Source: Escherichia coli (GTDB lineage: Bacteria; Pseudomonadota; Gammaproteobacteria; Enterobacterales; Enterobacteriaceae). Taken from it: a stretch of DNA of 64,000 nt. Below are positions 21,892-35,669 of this stretch, piece by piece (the first letter of the stretch is position 1; every line of letters begins with the position of its first letter). The stretch is from the NCBI RefSeq assembly GCF_003334305.1, contig NZ_QOWS01000005.1. One strand, written 5' to 3'. The notes beneath the pieces were generated by a model. The model had not been told where the DNA came from. It ran no database searches and saw only the letters and a list, made by a program, of their open reading frames with translations. Made by a program: the position numbers and the translations under genes.

Positions 21892-22638
21892 ATGTTAAGT
21901 ATTAAAGATTTACACGTCAGCGTGGAAGATAAAGCTATCCTGCGTGGATTAAGCCTCGCCGTTCGTCCCGGCGAAGTTCACGCCATTATGGGGCCAAACG
22001 GTTCGGGCAAAAGTACCTTATCGGCAACGCTTGCCGGGCGCGAAGATTATGAAGTGACGGGCGGCACGGTTGAGTTCAAAGGCAAAGATTTGCTTGCACT
22101 GTCGCCGGAAGATCGTGCAGGCGAAGGCATCTTTATGGCCTTCCAGTATCCGGTGGAGATTCCAGGCGTCAGTAACCAGTTTTTCCTGCAAACGGCACTT
22201 AATGCGGTGCGCAGCTATCGCGGCCAGGAAACGCTCGACCGCTTTGATTTTCAGGATTTGATGGAAGAGAAAATCGCTCTCCTGAAGATGCCGGAAGATT
22301 TATTAACCCGTTCGGTAAACGTTGGTTTTTCCGGCGGCGAGAAAAAGCGCAACGATATTTTGCAAATGGCGGTGCTGGAACCGGAGTTATGCATTCTTGA
22401 TGAGTCGGACTCCGGGCTGGATATTGACGCATTAAAAGTGGTCGCCGATGGCGTGAACTCGCTGCGTGATGGCAAGCGCTCATTCATCATTGTTACGCAC
22501 TACCAACGCATTCTCGACTACATCAAGCCTGATTACGTTCATGTGCTATATCAGGGACGAATTGTGAAATCCGGCGATTTCACGTTGGTCAAACAACTGG
22601 AGGAGCAGGGTTATGGCTGGCTTACCGAACAGCAGTAA
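21892..22638 (+). CDS. sufC: Fe-S assembly ATPase SufC
   Basis: 248 aa; Walker A GPNGSGKST and ABC signature. Confidence 0.9.
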   Translation: MLSIKDLHVSVEDKAILRGLSLAVRPGEVHAIMGPNGSGKSTLSATLAGREDYEVTGGTVEFKGKDLLALSPEDRAGEGIFMAFQYPVEIPGVSNQFFLQTALNAVRSYRGQETLDRFDFQDLMEEKIALLKMPEDLLTRSVNVGFSGGEKKRNDILQMAVLEPELCILDESDSGLDIDALKVVADGVNSLRDGKRSFIIVTHYQRILDYIKPDYVHVLYQGRIVKSGDFTLVKQLEEQGYGWLTEQQ

Positions 22639-23884
22639 TGCGCTGCAACAGTGGCATCACTTGTTTGAAGCTGAAGGGACAAAACGCTCACCGCAAGCAC
22701 AGCAGCATTTACAACAATTGCTGCGTACCGGACTGCCGACACGTAAACATGAAAACTGGAAATATACGCCGCTGGAAGGGCTGACCAATAGCCAGTTTGT
22801 CAGCATTGCGGGGGAGATATCCCCACAGCAGCGTGATGCCTTAGCGTTAACGTTAGACGCTGTGCGGCTGGTATTTGTCGATGGACGTTACGTGTCAGCA
22901 CTGAGCGATGCGACTGAAGGCAGCGGGTATGAAGTGAGCATTAACGACGACCGTCAGGGGGTACCCGACGCTATTCAGGCGGAAGTGTTTCTGCATTTGA
23001 CGGAAAGCCTGGCACAAAGCGTGACGCATATCGCCGTGAAGCGCGGTCAACGGCCGGCAAAGCCATTGCTGTTAATGCATATTACCCAGGGCGTGGCAGG
23101 TGAAGAGGTCAACACTGCCCATTACCGACATCATCTGGATCTGGCGGAAGGTGCCGAAGCAACGGTGATCGAACATTTTGTCAGCCTTAATGATGCTCGT
23201 CACTTCACCGGCGCACGGTTCACTATCAATGTCGCAGCGAACGCCCACTTGCAGCATATCAAGCTGGCGTTTGAAAACCCGGTCAGTCACCACTTTGCCC
23301 ATAACGATTTGTTGCTGGCTGACGATGCCACCGCATTTAGCCATAGTTTCCTGCTGGGTGGCGCAGTGTTACGACACAACACCAGTACGCAACTCAATGG
23401 CGAAAACAGCACGCTGCGGATCAATAGCCTGGCGATGCCGGTGAAAAACGAGGTGTGTGATACCCGTACCTGGCTGGAACACAATAAAGGTTTTTGTAAC
23501 AGCCGACAGTTGCACAAAACTATCGTCAGCGACAAAGGCCGCGCGGTATTTAACGGTTTGATCAACGTCGCGCAGCACGCCATCAAAACGGATGGTCAGA
23601 TGACCAACAATAATCTGCTGATGGGCAAACTGGCGGAAGTGGATACAAAACCGCAGCTGGAAATCTATGCAGATGATGTGAAATGCAGCCACGGCGCGAC
23701 GGTGGGGCGTATTGATGATGAACAGATGTTCTATCTGCGCTCGCGCGGGATCAATCAGCAGGATGCCCAGCAGATGATCATTTACGCCTTTGCTGCCGAA
23801 CTGACGGAAGCACTGCGTGATGAGGGGCTTAAACAGCAGGTGCTGGCCCGAATCGGTCAACGGCTGCCAGGAGGTGCAAGATGA
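22613..23884 (+). CDS. sufD: Fe-S cluster assembly protein SufD
   Basis: 423-aa ORF overlapping the sufC 3' end by 26 nt. Confidence 0.85.
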   Translation: MAGLPNSSNALQQWHHLFEAEGTKRSPQAQQHLQQLLRTGLPTRKHENWKYTPLEGLTNSQFVSIAGEISPQQRDALALTLDAVRLVFVDGRYVSALSDATEGSGYEVSINDDRQGVPDAIQAEVFLHLTESLAQSVTHIAVKRGQRPAKPLLLMHITQGVAGEEVNTAHYRHHLDLAEGAEATVIEHFVSLNDARHFTGARFTINVAANAHLQHIKLAFENPVSHHFAHNDLLLADDATAFSHSFLLGGAVLRHNTSTQLNGENSTLRINSLAMPVKNEVCDTRTWLEHNKGFCNSRQLHKTIVSDKGRAVFNGLINVAQHAIKTDGQMTNNNLLMGKLAEVDTKPQLEIYADDVKCSHGATVGRIDDEQMFYLRSRGINQQDAQQMIIYAFAAELTEALRDEGLKQQVLARIGQRLPGGAR

Positions 23885-25101
23885 CTTTTTCCGTCGACAA
23901 AGTGCGGGCCGACTTTCCGGTGCTTTCGCGTGAGGTAAACGGTTTGCCGCTGGCTTATCTCGACAGCGCCGCCAGTGCACAGAAACCGAGCCAGGTGATT
24001 GACGCCGAGGCCGAGTTTTATCGTCATGGCTACGCGGCGGTGCATCGCGGTATTCATACCTTAAGCGCTCAGGCGACCGAGAAAATGGAGAACGTGCGCA
24101 AGCGGGCATCGCTGTTTATTAATGCCCGTTCGGCGGAAGAGCTGGTGTTCGTCCGCGGCACGACGGAAGGGATCAATCTGGTCGCCAATAGCTGGGGCAA
24201 CAGCAATGTGCGGGCGGGCGATAACATCATCATCAGTCAGATGGAGCACCACGCTAACATTGTCCCCTGGCAGATGCTTTGCGCACGCGTTGGCGCAGAG
24301 CTGCGTGTGATCCCTCTCAACCCCGACGGTACGCTGCAACTGGAGACGCTGCCTACGCTGTTTGATGAGAAAACTCGCCTGCTGGCAATTACTCATGTCT
24401 CCAACGTGCTGGGAACAGAAAATCCGCTGGCGGAAATAATCACGCTTGCGCACCAGCATGGCGCAAAAGTGCTGGTGGATGGCGCTCAGGCGGTGATGCA
24501 TCATCCGGTGGATGTTCAGGCGCTGGATTGCGACTTTTACGTGTTCTCCGGGCATAAACTGTATGGCCCCACCGGAATTGGCATTCTTTATGTGAAAGAA
24601 GCCTTGTTGCAGGAGATGCCGCCGTGGGAAGGGGGCGGTTCTATGATCGCCACCGTCAGCCTGAGTGAAGGCACTACCTGGACCAAAGCACCATGGCGGT
24701 TTGAAGCCGGTACACCCAATACCGGGGGCATCATTGGTCTTGGCGCGGCGCTGGAGTATGTTTCGGCGCTGGGGCTTAATAACATAGCCGAGTATGAACA
24801 GAATCTGATGCACTACGCGCTATCACAGCTGGAATCTGTACCGGATCTCACTCTCTATGGCCCGCGGAACAGGCTTGGCGTTATTGCTTTTAATCTTGGT
24901 AAACACCACGCCTATGATGTTGGCAGTTTTCTCGATAACTACGGCATTGCTGTGCGTACCGGACATCACTGCGCTATGCCATTAATGGCCTATTACAACG
25001 TCCCTGCTATGTGTCGGGCGTCGCTGGCCATGTATAACACCCATGAAGAAGTGGATCGTCTGGTGACCGGACTGCAACGTATTCACCGTCTGCTGGGATA
25101 A
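23881..25101 (+). CDS. sufS: Cysteine desulfurase SufS (PLP-dependent)
   Basis: 406 aa; PLP-lysine motif [11 protein letters not shown]; overlaps sufD by 4 nt. Confidence 0.9.
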   Translation: MTFSVDKVRADFPVLSREVNGLPLAYLDSAASAQKPSQVIDAEAEFYRHGYAAVHRGIHTLSAQATEKMENVRKRASLFINARSAEELVFVRGTTEGINLVANSWGNSNVRAGDNIIISQMEHHANIVPWQMLCARVGAELRVIPLNPDGTLQLETLPTLFDEKTRLLAITHVSNVLGTENPLAEIITLAHQHGAKVLVDGAQAVMHHPVDVQALDCDFYVFSGHKLYGPTGIGILYVKEALLQEMPPWEGGGSMIATVSLSEGTTWTKAPWRFEAGTPNTGGIIGLGAALEYVSALGLNNIAEYEQNLMHYALSQLESVPDLTLYGPRNRLGVIAFNLGKHHAYDVGSFLDNYGIAVRTGHHCAMPLMAYYNVPAMCRASLAMYNTHEEVDRLVTGLQRIHRLLG

Positions 25102-25113
25102 CAGGGAGGCACT

Positions 25114-25530
25114 ATGGCTTTATTGCCGGATAAAGAAAAATTGCTGCGTAATTTTTTACGCTGCGCCAACTGGGAAGAGAAATATCTCTACATTATTGAG
25201 CTGGGCCAGCGTCTGCCAGAATTACGCGCCGAAGACCGAAGCCCACAAAATAGCATTCAGGGCTGCCAGAGTCAGGTGTGGATTGTCATGCGCCAGAATG
25301 CGCAGGGAATTATTGAATTGCAGGGCGACAGCGATGCGGCGATTGTGAAAGGGCTTATTGCGGTCGTCTTTATTCTCTACGATCAGATGACGCCGCAGGA
25401 TATTGTCAATTTCGATGTGCGTCCGTGGTTTGAAAAAATGGCGCTCACCCAACATCTCACCCCATCTCGTTCACAAGGTCTGGAAGCGATGATTCGCGCA
25501 ATTCGCGCCAAAGCCGCTGCACTTAGCTAA
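25114..25530 (+). CDS. sufE: Sulfur acceptor SufE
   Basis: 138-aa ORF immediately after sufS. Confidence 0.9.
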
Positions 25531-25678
25531 ACTAAAGGGACAGCTTTCATCCGGTTGGCTCACATTGCCGGATGGTCAATGTTTACACTGACCTGCACAG
25601 GAGTGTTTTGGTTTCAGGTGAACATAAGCGCCATCCGACGTTTCAGCGTGAGTCTCCGGCAAATACAGGAGGTTTACA

Positions 25679-26683
25679 ATGAAACGCGCTTCTTTGCTTA
25701 CACTCACGCTTATCGGCGCTTTTAGCGCCATCCAGGCTGCCTGGGCGGTTGATTATCCGCTACCACCAACCGGAAGCCGACTGGTTGGGCAAAATCAAAC
25801 GTATACGGTGCAAGAAGGGGATAAAAACCTTCAGGCTATTGCCCGACGTTTTGATACTGCGGCAATGTTGATCCTTGAAGCCAATAACACTATCGCCCCG
25901 GTGCCAAAACCTGGTACGACGATAACTATTCCTTCACAACTGTTATTACCTGATGCACCGCGTCAGGGGATTATCGTTAACCTTGCAGAGCTGCGCCTTT
26001 ATTATTATCCGCCGGGAGAAAATATTGTGCAGGTTTATCCAATAGGTATTGGATTGCAGGGGCTGGAAACGCCGGTGATGGAAACGCGTGTTGGGCAGAA
26101 AATCCCTAACCCAACCTGGACGCCTACGGCAGGCATTCGTCAGCGTTCGCTGGAGCGTGGCATTAAATTACCGCCAGTCGTTCCTGCCGGACCAAATAAC
26201 CCGCTAGGACGTTACGCACTGCGCCTCGCGCATGGTAATGGCGAATACCTCATTCATGGCACCAGTGCGCCGGACAGCGTTGGTTTGCGCGTCAGTTCAG
26301 GGTGTATTCGCATGAATGCACCGGATATTAAAGCCTTGTTCTCCAGCGTGCGGACGGGAACGCCGGTGAAAGTGATCAACGAACCGGTGAAATATTCCGT
26401 GGAACCTAACGGGATGCGTTATGTTGAAGTACATCGACCACTATCAGCAGAAGAACAGCAAAACGTTCAGACAATGCCATACACACTGCCAGCAGGCTTT
26501 ACGCAATTTAAAGACAATAAGGCTGTAGATCAGAAGTTAGTCGATAAAGCGTTGTATCGTCGGGCAGGGTATCCGGTTTCGGTGAGCAGTGGAGCAACTC
26601 CCGCAGCCAGCAATGCGCCTTCAGTAGAGTCAGCGCAGAATGGTGAACCAGAGCAAGGGAATATGTTACGCGCGACGCAGTAG
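25679..26683 (+). CDS. ldtE: L,D-transpeptidase with LysM domain
   Basis: 334 aa with signal peptide and YkuD catalytic region (HGT ... SSGCIRM). Confidence 0.85.
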   Translation: MKRASLLTLTLIGAFSAIQAAWAVDYPLPPTGSRLVGQNQTYTVQEGDKNLQAIARRFDTAAMLILEANNTIAPVPKPGTTITIPSQLLLPDAPRQGIIVNLAELRLYYYPPGENIVQVYPIGIGLQGLETPVMETRVGQKIPNPTWTPTAGIRQRSLERGIKLPPVVPAGPNNPLGRYALRLAHGNGEYLIHGTSAPDSVGLRVSSGCIRMNAPDIKALFSSVRTGTPVKVINEPVKYSVEPNGMRYVEVHRPLSAEEQQNVQTMPYTLPAGFTQFKDNKAVDQKLVDKALYRRAGYPVSVSSGATPAASNAPSVESAQNGEPEQGNMLRATQ

Positions 26684-26698
26684 CGGTAAACGGCAGAC

Positions 26699-26730
26699 AA
26701 AAAAAATGGCGCACAATGTGCGCCATTTTT
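26699..26730. terminator. Bidirectional intrinsic terminator between ldtE and lpp
   Basis: AAAAAAAATGGCGCACAATGTGCGCCATTTTT: a GC stem flanked by an A-run and a T-run. Confidence 0.8.
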
Positions 26731-26746
26731 CACTTCACAGGTACTA

Positions 26747-26995
<249 letters not shown>

Positions 26996-27028
26996 CTAGA
27001 TTGAGTTAATCTCCATGTAGCGTTACAA

Positions 27029-27057
27029 GTATTACACAAAGTTTTTTATGTTGAGAA
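27029..27057 (-). promoter_or_regulatory. lpp sigma-70 promoter
   Basis: Minus strand reads TTCTCAACATAAAAAACTTTGTGTAATACT with a 17-bp spacer between the -35 and -10 hexamers. Confidence 0.7.
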
Positions 27058-27235
27058 TATTTTTTTGATGGGAAGGCACTTATTTTTGATCGTTCGCTCA
27101 AAGAAGCATCGAACGCTGGGTTTTAGATAAAAAAATTGAGAGAAAACAGGATGCTTCCATCGGATTCATCTTAGATAAAGTGAGATTATATAGTGAAATC
27201 CGATTTGATTTTTTATTGCTTCTGGTTATCGATTA

Positions 27236-27263
27236 AATAAAAAAAGCGCCCATCAGGGCGCTT
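27236..27263 (-). terminator. pykF intrinsic terminator
   Basis: GCGCCC-ATCA-GGGCGC hairpin followed on the minus strand by a T-run. Confidence 0.75.
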
Positions 27264-27293
27264 CGATATACAAATTAATTCACAAAAGCAATA

Positions 27294-28706
27294 TTACAGG
27301 ACGTGAACAGATGCGGTGTTAGTAGTGCCGCTCGGTACCAGTGCACCAGAAACCATAACTACGACGTCACCTTTGTGTGCCAGACCGCTCTGCAGAGCCA
27401 GTTCTTTACCCAGACGGTAGAAATCATCAGTAGAAGTGATCTCTTTAACCAGCTGCGGCACAACGCCTTTGCTCAGTACCAACTGATGAGCCGTTTTTTC
27501 GTTGGTGGTCAGTGCCAGGATGGTGGCATCCGGGAAGTATTTACGTACTGCGCGAGCAGATTTACCGCCCTGAGTAGCAACCACGATCAGCGGAGCATCC
27601 AGTTTTTCAGCAGTTTCAACGGCACCACGGCATACCGCTTCGGTAATGCGCAGTTTACGGTTGTCATTGTTGAACTCGAGACGGCTGTTCATCACGCGGT
27701 CGGTACGTTCGCAGATGGTCGCCATGATAGAAACCGCTTCCAGCGGGTATTTACCTTTTGCGGATTCACCAGACAGCATCACTGCGTCAGTACCGTCGAG
27801 GATGGCGTTTGCAACGTCACCGGCTTCTGCGCGAGTCGGGCGTGGGTTTTTGATCATGGAATCCAGCATCTGGGTCGCAGTGATAACGACTTTACGTGCA
27901 CGGATACATTTTTCGATCATCATCTTCTGGGCGAAGATAACTTCTTCTACCGGGATTTCTACACCCAGGTCGCCACGCGCAACCATGATGCCGTCAGAGG
28001 CTTCGAGGATTTCGTCGAAGTTGTTGAGGCCTTCCTGGTTTTCGATTTTGGAGATGATGTGGATGTTTTCGCCGCCGTGCGCTTTCAGGTGCTCACGGAT
28101 TTCGATAACGTCAGAACGCTTACGAATAAAGGAAGCAGCAACAAAGTCTACGCCTTGTTCGCAACCAAAGATCAGGTCCTGTTTGTCTTTTTCAGCCAGT
28201 GCTGGCAGAGCAATGGAAACGCCAGGCAGGTTCACACCTTTGTTTTCGCCCAGGTCACCGTTGTTCAGCACTTTACAGATAACTTTGTTACCTTCAATGG
28301 CGGTAACTTCCATACCGATCAGACCATCGTCAACCAGTACGGTGTTGCCAACTGACAGGTCAGTAGTGAAACCTTCATACGTTACCGCAACCATTTCGCT
28401 GTTGCCGATAACAGATTTATCAGTGGTGAAAGTAAAGGTCTGACCAGCTTTCAGAGAAACGTCGTTACCGCCTTCCAGTTTCATGGTGCGGATTTCCGGA
28501 CCTTTGGTATCAAGCAGGATAGCGGCGGTTTTACCAGTTTTGCTCATCACGTTGCGCAGATTCTGAATGCGCTGACCGTGTTCTGCATAGTCACCATGAG
28601 AGAAGTTCAGACGCATAACGTTCATGCCAGCGTCCAGCATTTTAGCTAACATCTCTTCAGATTCGGTTTTCGGTCCGATGGTGCAAACAATTTTGGTCTT
28701 TTTCAT
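27294..28706 (-). CDS. pykF: Pyruvate kinase I
   Basis: ORF frame 27294..28922; start chosen at [19 protein letters not shown] (470 aa). Confidence 0.9.
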
Positions 28707-28911
28707 GACAGTCTTAGTCTTTAAGTTGAGAAGGATGGGAGAAACTTGCTTTCTGGGCGCACTGCCGGAAAGCGAATCCGGTATTACGAAAGTGGTGGTG
28801 CCTCGCTCTAAGGATAGGTGACATCGAAAAAGCGTGCAGAGGAATGTGTGCTTGTGTCTCAGCCCAACGTGAGTGCCTGTTTTTGAGTCGTTGAGTTCTA
28901 CAGTCCAAAGT

Positions 28912-28927
28912 GCTGAAACCATTCAAG
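28912..28927. promoter_or_regulatory. Putative Cra (FruR) operator upstream of pykF
   Basis: GCTGAAACCATTCAAG resembles the Cra half-palindrome GCTGAAAC-GTTTCA. Confidence 0.4.
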
Positions 28928-29262
28928 AGTCAATTGGCGCGCATTATACGCTGAAATTAATCCAAAAGGAAAACAAAAACAGCGTTTCAAAAAATATACA
29001 ACTTGTTAGACAATAAATTGTTATCAAAGATTTAACGTTCCAGGGAAAAGGTTACGCAAAAACTTCACTGTTTGCGCAACGTCTGGTGCCGAAGTTGTCA
29101 GTGTGAGGATAAGTGAAAGTTCATCCGGTGTATAAATACATCATCGCTCAATTGCTACAGTTAAAATAATTTATCGCGTTATTTGTCTGATTTTGTTTGA
29201 TTTTTGTTTAATTGGTTAGATTGATATATGCTGATAGTTGGCATGATAAATAGGTATAAAGA

Positions 29263-29472
29263 ATGGGAAATCGGACAAAAGAGGATGAACTGTACCGAGA
29301 AATGTGCAGAGTTGTCGGTAAAGTTGTGCTGGAAATGCGCGATCTGGGGCAGGAACCAAAGCATATTGTTATCGCAGGCGTATTACGTACAGCATTAGCC
29401 AATAAACGCATTCAGCGCAGTGAGCTGGAAAAGCAGGCGATGGAAACCGTCATTAACGCACTGGTAAAATGA
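29263..29472 (+). CDS. ydhZ: Small protein YdhZ (reported fumarase D)
   Basis: 69-aa ORF in an AT-rich context. Confidence 0.7.
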   Translation: MGNRTKEDELYREMCRVVGKVVLEMRDLGQEPKHIVIAGVLRTALANKRIQRSELEKQAMETVINALVK

Positions 29473-29476
29473 CCAT

Positions 29477-29515
29477 TCAGGATGAGGCGGTAAGCTTCAT
29501 CCTGATATTCTTGCT
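29477..29515 (+). terminator. ydhZ intrinsic terminator
   Basis: TCAGGATGA ... TCATCCTGA hairpin followed by TATTCTTGCTTC. Confidence 0.6.
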
Positions 29516-29712
29516 TCAGTTGCGGTCCAGTTAATCATTCTAAATAACAACTGCTGAAATTATACGAATCGCGGTATGTATTTTAATTTATAACGATAAT
29601 ATTATTTTTATTTTCTGCAATGAACGTCACAAATAATTGTCGCTTAAGTTAAATTTATTTCAAATGATAATAAATATCAGTTCACTTATAATTTCTTGCT
29701 TTGTAATTTTAA

Positions 29713-29726
29713 TTGATAACGATCAA
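29713..29726. promoter_or_regulatory. FNR-consensus site upstream of ydhY
   Basis: TTGATAACGATCAA is a perfect TTGAT-N4-ATCAA palindrome, about 200 bp upstream of the ydhY ATG. Confidence 0.7.
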
Positions 29727-29927
29727 TGTTAAGGGCTCAGAATAATCACATTATTTTTTCTCCTAACCATAAAGGATTAGTTTATCGGCGTTAAATCTTT
29801 TCTCATACACTATCGGGTTAGGGAAAATATCTGGTGTTGGGGACAGAGTCAGCAGCGTATTAGTTGAATGCTTAATATCAGGCTGCTGAATTGTCAGCAC
29901 TGTGTTTGCGAAGAGGATGCGAAATAA

Positions 29928-32677
<2,750 letters not shown>

Positions 32678-32680
32678 GGA

Positions 32681-33328
32681 ATGGGTGAGATGAACCATCG
32701 GGATGAATTGCCGTTAGCGAAAGTCAGCGAAGTTGACGAGGCGAAGCGGCAATGGTTACAGGGGATGCGTCACCCCGTTGATACGGTAACCGAACCAGAA
32801 CCGGCTGAAATCCTGGCAGAGTTCATTCGCCAGCATTCTGCGGCTGGGCAGCTGGTGGCGCGCGCCGTGTTTCTCTCGCCACCCTATTCGGTTGCAGAAG
32901 AGGAGCTGTCAGTTTTGCTGGAAAGCATTAAGCAGAACGGAGACTACGCTGATATCGCTTGTATGACGGGAAGCCAGGATGATTACTATTACTCAACGCA
33001 GGCCATGAGTGAAAACTACGCGGCGATGTCTTTGCAAGTTGTGGAGCAGGACATTTGTCGCGCCATTGCACACGCCGTTCGTTTTGAGTGCCAGACATAT
33101 CCTCGTCCTTACAAAGTCGCCATGCTGATGCAAGCGCCATATTACTTCCAGGAAGCGCAGATTGAAGCCGCGATCGCCGCGATGGATGTTGCACCTGAAT
33201 ATGCCGATATACGGCAGGTGGAGTCATCGACGGCGGTGTTGTACTTGTTTAGCGAGCGATTTATGACCTATGGCAAGGCTTATGGCTTATGCGAATGGTT
33301 CGAGGTAGAGCAGTTTCAGAACCCCTGA
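32681..33328 (+). CDS. ydhW: Uncharacterised protein YdhW
   Basis: 215-aa ORF starting 4 nt after the ydhV stop. Confidence 0.7.
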   Translation: MGEMNHRDELPLAKVSEVDEAKRQWLQGMRHPVDTVTEPEPAEILAEFIRQHSAAGQLVARAVFLSPPYSVAEEELSVLLESIKQNGDYADIACMTGSQDDYYYSTQAMSENYAAMSLQVVEQDICRAIAHAVRFECQTYPRPYKVAMLMQAPYYFQEAQIEAAIAAMDVAPEYADIRQVESSTAVLYLFSERFMTYGKAYGLCEWFEVEQFQNP

Positions 33329-33391
33329 AATTTCAGGGAGATGTCATGGATAGGGTGGACAGTTGCAGCCACTGCATTAGGGGATAATCAG

Positions 33392-34060
33392 ATGTCCTTC
33401 ACTCGACGCAAATTTGTTCTGGGGATGGGAACAGTAATCTTTTTTACTGGTTCTGCGTCTTCTCTGTTAGCGAACACGAGGCAAGAAAAGGAAGTTCGGT
33501 ATGCCATGATTCATGACGAGTCACGGTGCAATGGCTGTAATATTTGCGCCCGCGCATGCCGTAAAACTAACCACGTCCCCGCTCAGGGAAGCCGTTTATC
33601 GATAGCACACATTCCAGTCACCGATAACGACAACGAAACGCAGTATCACTTTTTTCGCCAGTCATGTCAGCACTGCGAAGATGCTCCGTGCATCGACGTA
33701 TGCCCGACAGGGGCGTCGTGGCGTGATGAGCAGGGGATCGTGCGGGTAGAAAAATCGCAGTGCATCGGCTGCAGTTATTGCATTGGCGCTTGTCCGTACC
33801 AGGTTCGCTACCTTAACCCTGTCACTAAAGTGGCAGATAAATGTGATTTCTGCGCTGAGTCCCGACTGGCAAAAGGCTTTCCGCCCATTTGCGTCAGCGC
33901 CTGTCCGGAACACGCATTGATCTTTGGTCGCGAAGATAGCCCAGAAATTCAGGCGTGGTTGCAGGATAATAAATACTATCAATATCAGCTACCTGGTGCC
34001 GGGAAACCGCATCTGTATCGCCGGTTCGGTCAACATTTGATTAAAAAGGAAAATGTATGA
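33392..34060 (+). CDS. ydhX: Tat-exported 4Fe-4S ferredoxin-like protein
   Basis: Start chosen at MSFTRRKFVLGMG (twin-arginine motif); several CxxCxxCxxxCP motifs. Confidence 0.8.
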   Translation: MSFTRRKFVLGMGTVIFFTGSASSLLANTRQEKEVRYAMIHDESRCNGCNICARACRKTNHVPAQGSRLSIAHIPVTDNDNETQYHFFRQSCQHCEDAPCIDVCPTGASWRDEQGIVRVEKSQCIGCSYCIGACPYQVRYLNPVTKVADKCDFCAESRLAKGFPPICVSACPEHALIFGREDSPEIQAWLQDNKYYQYQLPGAGKPHLYRRFGQHLIKKENV

Positions 34061-34842
34061 ACCCGTCGCAACATGCTGAACAGTTTCAGAGCCAGTTAGC
34101 GAACTATGTGCCACAGTTCACTCCCGAATTTTGGCCGGTGTGGTTGATCATTGCCGGAGTATTGCTGGTTGGGATGTGGTTGGTGCTGGGGCTGCACGCC
34201 TTGCTTCGTGCTCGTGGCGTGAAGAAATCAGCCACCGATCATGGTGAGAAGGTTTATCTTTACAGCAAAGCGGTCAGATTATGGCACTGGTCGAATGCGT
34301 TACTCTTTGTATTGTTGCTGGCAAGTGGGCTGATAAATCACTTTGCGATGGTGGGCGCAACTGCGGTTAAAAGTCTGGTTGCGGTGCATGAAGTTTGCGG
34401 ATTTTTGTTACTGGCATGCTGGCTCGGCTTTGTGCTGATCAATGCCGTTGGGGATAATGGTCACCACTATCGCATTCGTCGTCAGGGGTGGCTGGAACGA
34501 GCGGCAAAACAAACGCGATTTTATTTGTTTGGCATTATGCAGGGGGAAGAACATCCTTTCCCGGCAACAACACAGTCTAAATTTAATCCCTTACAGCAGG
34601 TCGCCTATGTTGGTGTCATGTATGGATTGCTGCCGTTGTTACTATTGACGGGGCTGTTGTGTCTCTATCCGCAAGCCGTGGGAGATGTGTTTCCTGGCGT
34701 AAGATACTGGTTATTGCAGGCGCATTTTGCTCTGGCATTTATAAGCCTCTTTTTTATCTTCGGTCATCTTTATCTTTGCACCACGGGGCGTACGCCACAC
34801 GAAACCTTTAAAAGCATGGTCGATGGCTATCACCGGCACTAA
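34057..34842 (+). CDS. ydhU: Integral membrane b-type cytochrome-like subunit (PhsC/NrfD-like)
   Basis: 261 aa hydrophobic; overlaps ydhX by 4 nt. Confidence 0.8.
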   Translation: MNPSQHAEQFQSQLANYVPQFTPEFWPVWLIIAGVLLVGMWLVLGLHALLRARGVKKSATDHGEKVYLYSKAVRLWHWSNALLFVLLLASGLINHFAMVGATAVKSLVAVHEVCGFLLLACWLGFVLINAVGDNGHHYRIRRQGWLERAAKQTRFYLFGIMQGEEHPFPATTQSKFNPLQQVAYVGVMYGLLPLLLLTGLLCLYPQAVGDVFPGVRYWLLQAHFALAFISLFFIFGHLYLCTTGRTPHETFKSMVDGYHRH

Positions 34843-34845
34843 CGA

Positions 34846-35658
34846 ATGATCATTACACGAGCAGACCTGCGAGAATGGCGTATCGGAGCGGTGATGTATC
34901 GCTGGTTCCTGCGCCATTTCCCACGCGGCGGTAGTTATGCCGATATTCATCATGCACTGATTGAGGAAGGATATACGGACTGGGCGGAGAGTCTGGTTGA
35001 GTATGCGTGGAAAAAATGGCTGGCGGATGAAAACTTCGCGCATCAGGAAGTTTCCTCTATGCAAAAACTGGCCACAGACCCCGGAGAGATACCATTTTGC
35101 AGTCAGTTTGCCCGCAGCGACGATCATGCTCGCATCGGCTGTTGTGAGGATAACGCCCGAATCGCAACCGCTGGGTATGCCGCGCAAATTGCCAGTATGG
35201 GTTATAGCGTGCGGATTGGAAGTGTCGGCTTTAACAGTCACATTGGCAGCTCCGGTGAACGCGCACGGGTTGCTGTAACCGGTAATTCTTCGCGGATAAG
35301 CAGCGCTGGAGATAGTAGTCGGATTGCGAATACCGGAATGCGAGTACGCGTTTGTACATTGGGTGAACGGTGTCATGTCGCCAGTAATGGTGACCTGGTG
35401 CAAATCGCCAGCTTTGGCGCAAACGCCAGAATTGCCAACAGCGGCGACAATGTACACATCATTGCCAGCGGTGAAAATTCAACGGTAGTGAGCACGGGCG
35501 TGGTCGACTCAATTATTCTCGGGCCAGGGGGAAGCGCCGCACTGGCATATCATGACGGCGAAAGAGTTCGCTTCGCCGTCGCCATTGAAGGTGAAAACAA
35601 TATTCGAACCGGAGTCCGCTATCGTCTTAATGAACAGCATCAGTTTGTTGAGTGCTGA
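34846..35658 (+). CDS. ydhT: Uncharacterised protein YdhT with internal repeats
   Basis: 270-aa ORF; central part contains repeated A/S-R-I/V-G/A-N-S-G units. Confidence 0.75.
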   Translation: MIITRADLREWRIGAVMYRWFLRHFPRGGSYADIHHALIEEGYTDWAESLVEYAWKKWLADENFAHQEVSSMQKLATDPGEIPFCSQFARSDDHARIGCCEDNARIATAGYAAQIASMGYSVRIGSVGFNSHIGSSGERARVAVTGNSSRISSAGDSSRIANTGMRVRVCTLGERCHVASNGDLVQIASFGANARIANSGDNVHIIASGENSTVVSTGVVDSIILGPGGSAALAYHDGERVRFAVAIEGENNIRTGVRYRLNEQHQFVEC

Positions 35659-35669
35659 TAGCTTTACCT

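Noticed and set aside
27303-28443. Long ORFs (350 and 265 aa) on the plus strand across pykF
   Set aside because: They are antisense to pyruvate kinase, whose protein is unmistakable. They have no Shine-Dalgarno and are low-complexity, so they are shadow ORFs of a codon-biased gene.
35128-35491. Possible DNA tandem repeat or satellite inside ydhT
   Set aside because: The periodicity is at the protein level and degenerate at the nucleotide level; it is an in-frame protein repeat, not a DNA repeat element.
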